Shown: one piece after another, positions 62,028-64,000 of the stretch
Layout: every line of letters begins with the position of its first letter
Position numbering within the stretch: position 1 is the first letter of the stretch
DNA from: OCS116 cluster bacterium AG-390-A19
Lineage (GTDB): Bacteria; Pseudomonadota; Alphaproteobacteria; MED-G09
NCBI GenBank assembly: GCA_003278145.1
Contig: QCGV01000001.1
Span: 323,626 to 387,625 of the forward strand
DNA length: 64,000 bases
Reading direction: 5' to 3'
Notes under the pieces: generated by a model
What the model was told of the DNA's origin: nothing
What the model saw: only the letters and a program-made list of their open reading frames with translations
Database searches by the model: none
Translations under genes and position numbers: made by a program

Positions 62028-64000
62028 ATGAAATTTGCGGTTGGACAGCCAGTAACTAGAATTGAAGATACGAGACTTATTACGGGTCAGGGTAAGTTTA
62101 CTGATGATCAAAAGTTACCAGGAATGGTACATGGTGTTTTTGCAAGATCTCCTTATGCTCATGCAAAAATTATTTCAATTAATATTGATGAAGCAAAAAA
62201 AATGCCTGGTGTTATAGATATTTTTACTGGAGAAAGATTGCAAGAAGAAGGCTTATCTCATATGTCTGTAATAGATTTTTTACAAAATAAAGACGGATCA
62301 CCTATGAATGCAAGCAAAAGACCTATTCTTGCTGTAGGCAAAGTTAGACATGTTGGTGACCCGGTTGCCTTTATTGTTGCTGAAACTACAAATCAGGCAC
62401 TTGATGCTTCTGAATTTATTGAGGTTGATTATGAGGAGCTTCCTTGCGTAACAGATACTGCAAAAGCATTGGATCCACAATCACCATTACTTTTTGATGA
62501 ATTTGGTTCAAATTCTGCTGTGGATTGGGAGCTTGGTTCTGAGCAAGAGTGGAATGGTGTAAAAGATAAAGCTGAGCACGTCTCAGAAGTAACTCTGGTT
62601 AATAATAGAATTGTTGTAAATCCAATTGAACCAAGGTCTGCTACATCAGATTTTAATAAAGATGATGATCACTTTACTGTTTATGTTGAAAGCCAAGGAC
62701 CTCATGCTATGAGAGAGAGGCTCGCTGCCTCTCTTGGAGTAGAGGAAAAGCAGGTTAAGGTTGTAACTAATGATGTTGGCGGAGGGTTTGGATTAAAAAT
62801 GATGTGTTTTCCTGAATACATCGCCACCATGTTTGCTAGCAGATCTTTGAATAGACCTGTGAAGTGGACCTCTACAAGATCTGAGGCTTTTTTGAGTGAC
62901 TCTCACGGAAGAGACCATGTAACGAAAGCTTCTATAGCTATGGATAAAGATGGTCATTTTTTGGGAGTAAAAGTTGATACAGTTGCAGCTGTAGGGGCTT
63001 ATTTATCTCAGTATGGGATTTTTATACCTACACTTGCTGGCGCTGGAATGCATGTTGGCGTTTATAAAATACCCACCTTATATAATAAAGTTAATGTTGT
63101 TTATACAAATACTGTTCCAGTGGATGCCTACAGAGGAGCTGGACGGCCTGAGGCAAGTTATGTTATTGAGCGATTAGTTGATAAAGCTGCAGATGACTTA
63201 GGAATTGATCCTTTGGAGTTGCGAATGAAAAATTTTGTTCAACCAGATGAAATTGGTAAAAATGAAGGATCCATTCTTCCATTTGATAGCTGTGATTTCC
63301 AAAAAACTACAGAAATGTCGATCGTAAATTCATCATATAGTGATTTTATTAATAGAAAAAAATCTTCTGATAAGAATAAATATTTGAAGGGTATTGGTGT
63401 TTCTTATTATGTTGAAAGGACTCAAGGAGAAGGTTCTGAAAATTCTAGAGTAGTGGTTTCTAGTGATGGATCTGTAAAGGTTTATGCCGGTACTATGGCC
63501 ACTGGACAAGGACATGAAACAGCATGGACGCAAATTTTGGTCGAAAAATTAGGTGTAAATCCTGAAGATGTTTCCGTTCATTTTGGTGACAGTGATGACT
63601 TACCTGGAGGAGGTGGTACAGGTGGATCAAAGTCATTGTATATGGCTGCAGGAGCCATCAATGATGCTTCTGAGGTTATGTTAAAAAAAGGTATTGAGAT
63701 AGCTGCCAATGAGCTTGAGGCATCTGTTGACGATATAGAATATACTACAAATGCTGGTCCTTTATTTGAGGTAAAAGGAACAAATAGAAATATTGATTTA
63801 TTCTCAGTTGCTAGATTGGCAGAAGGTCAATCTAATACTCAGATTCTTGATGGTGAGAGTGCTTATGAACATAAAGATCCTACCTTTCCAAATGGCTGTC
63901 ATGTTTGCGAGGTATCTATTGATAAAGAAACTGGAAGAATAGAGATTGATAATTATTCTGCAACTGATGACTTTGGAAAAATAATTAATCCTCTTCTTGT
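62028..64000 (+). CDS. Xanthine dehydrogenase family molybdopterin-binding subunit (form II CoxL-like), 3'-truncated by the window edge
   Basis: AGGAG, then ATG 62028 (MKFAVGQPVTRIED..LITGQG.FTDD); VGGGFG, AYRGAGRPE (63126-63152), GQGHET; missing from the ORF track because it has no stop in the window. Confidence 0.9.
   Translation, partial: MKFAVGQPVTRIEDTRLITGQGKFTDDQKLPGMVHGVFARSPYAHAKIISINIDEAKKMPGVIDIFTGERLQEEGLSHMSVIDFLQNKDGSPMNASKRPILAVGKVRHVGDPVAFIVAETTNQALDASEFIEVDYEELPCVTDTAKALDPQSPLLFDEFGSNSAVDWELGSEQEWNGVKDKAEHVSEVTLVNNRIVVNPIEPRSATSDFNKDDDHFTVYVESQGPHAMRERLAASLGVEEKQVKVVTNDVGGGFGLKMMCFPEYIATMFASRSLNRPVKWTSTRSEAFLSDSHGRDHVTKASIAMDKDGHFLGVKVDTVAAVGAYLSQYGIFIPTLAGAGMHVGVYKIPTLYNKVNVVYTNTVPVDAYRGAGRPEASYVIERLVDKAADDLGIDPLELRMKNFVQPDEIGKNEGSILPFDSCDFQKTTEMSIVNSSYSDFINRKKSSDKNKYLKGIGVSYYVERTQGEGSENSRVVVSSDGSVKVYAGTMATGQGHETAWTQILVEKLGVNPEDVSVHFGDSDDLPGGGGTGGSKSLYMAAGAINDASEVMLKKGIEIAANELEASVDDIEYTTNAGPLFEVKGTNRNIDLFSVARLAEGQSNTQILDGESAYEHKDPTFPNGCHVCEVSIDKETGRIEIDNYSATDDFGKIINPLL

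Noticed and set aside
62028-64000. True aerobic CO dehydrogenase (form I)
   Set aside because: Motif is AYRGAGR, lacking the Cu-binding Cys of AYxCSFR

Overview
Chromosomal segment of an AT-rich (about 30% GC by eye, not computed), gene-dense bacterium. It is very probably a streamlined, likely marine, alphaproteobacterium: it has a GAAC-N7-GTAC LexA box before recA, a one-Cys DksA, DUF3126 and an alpha-type ThrRS C-terminus. Most of the window is housekeeping: ilvBNC, leuA, dksA, recA, alaS, icd, rpsD, grxD/bolA, purCSQL, map, purB, cysE, hisI, folE, cysS, thrS, nadK, glpK, tRNA-Lys(CUU) and tRNA-Leu(UAA). Two accessory blocks stand out. (1) 5.7-18.3 kb is a lipid/steroid-type oxidation and uptake region: SnoaL protein, two tandem secreted PQQ dehydrogenases, a P450 with an atypical heme loop, SDR, NmrA, steroid 5-alpha-reductase, a divergent fold-IV transaminase, a TonB-dependent receptor with a perfect upstream operator, and a sterol-desaturase/AGMO-like hydroxylase. 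(2) 22.7-26.3 kb is a four-gene set (GT4 glycosyltransferase, two SAM methyltransferases, an alpha/alpha-barrel protein) whose motifs match, from my recollection, the mycobacterial methylmannose-polysaccharide (MMP) cluster ManT/OrfD/MmpH/MeT1. This is the best candidate for an undescribed system in this lineage. Smaller signals: a Leu-rich leader peptide and hairpin before leuA, a hairpin covering the alaS start codon, an apparently chimeric thrS, a map gene with no canonical start upstream of its conserved N-terminus, a tandem DUF3126 duplication, and phnCEE without phnD. No integrase, IS, prophage or CRISPR array was seen. All family calls come from motif recognition by eye, without database searches.
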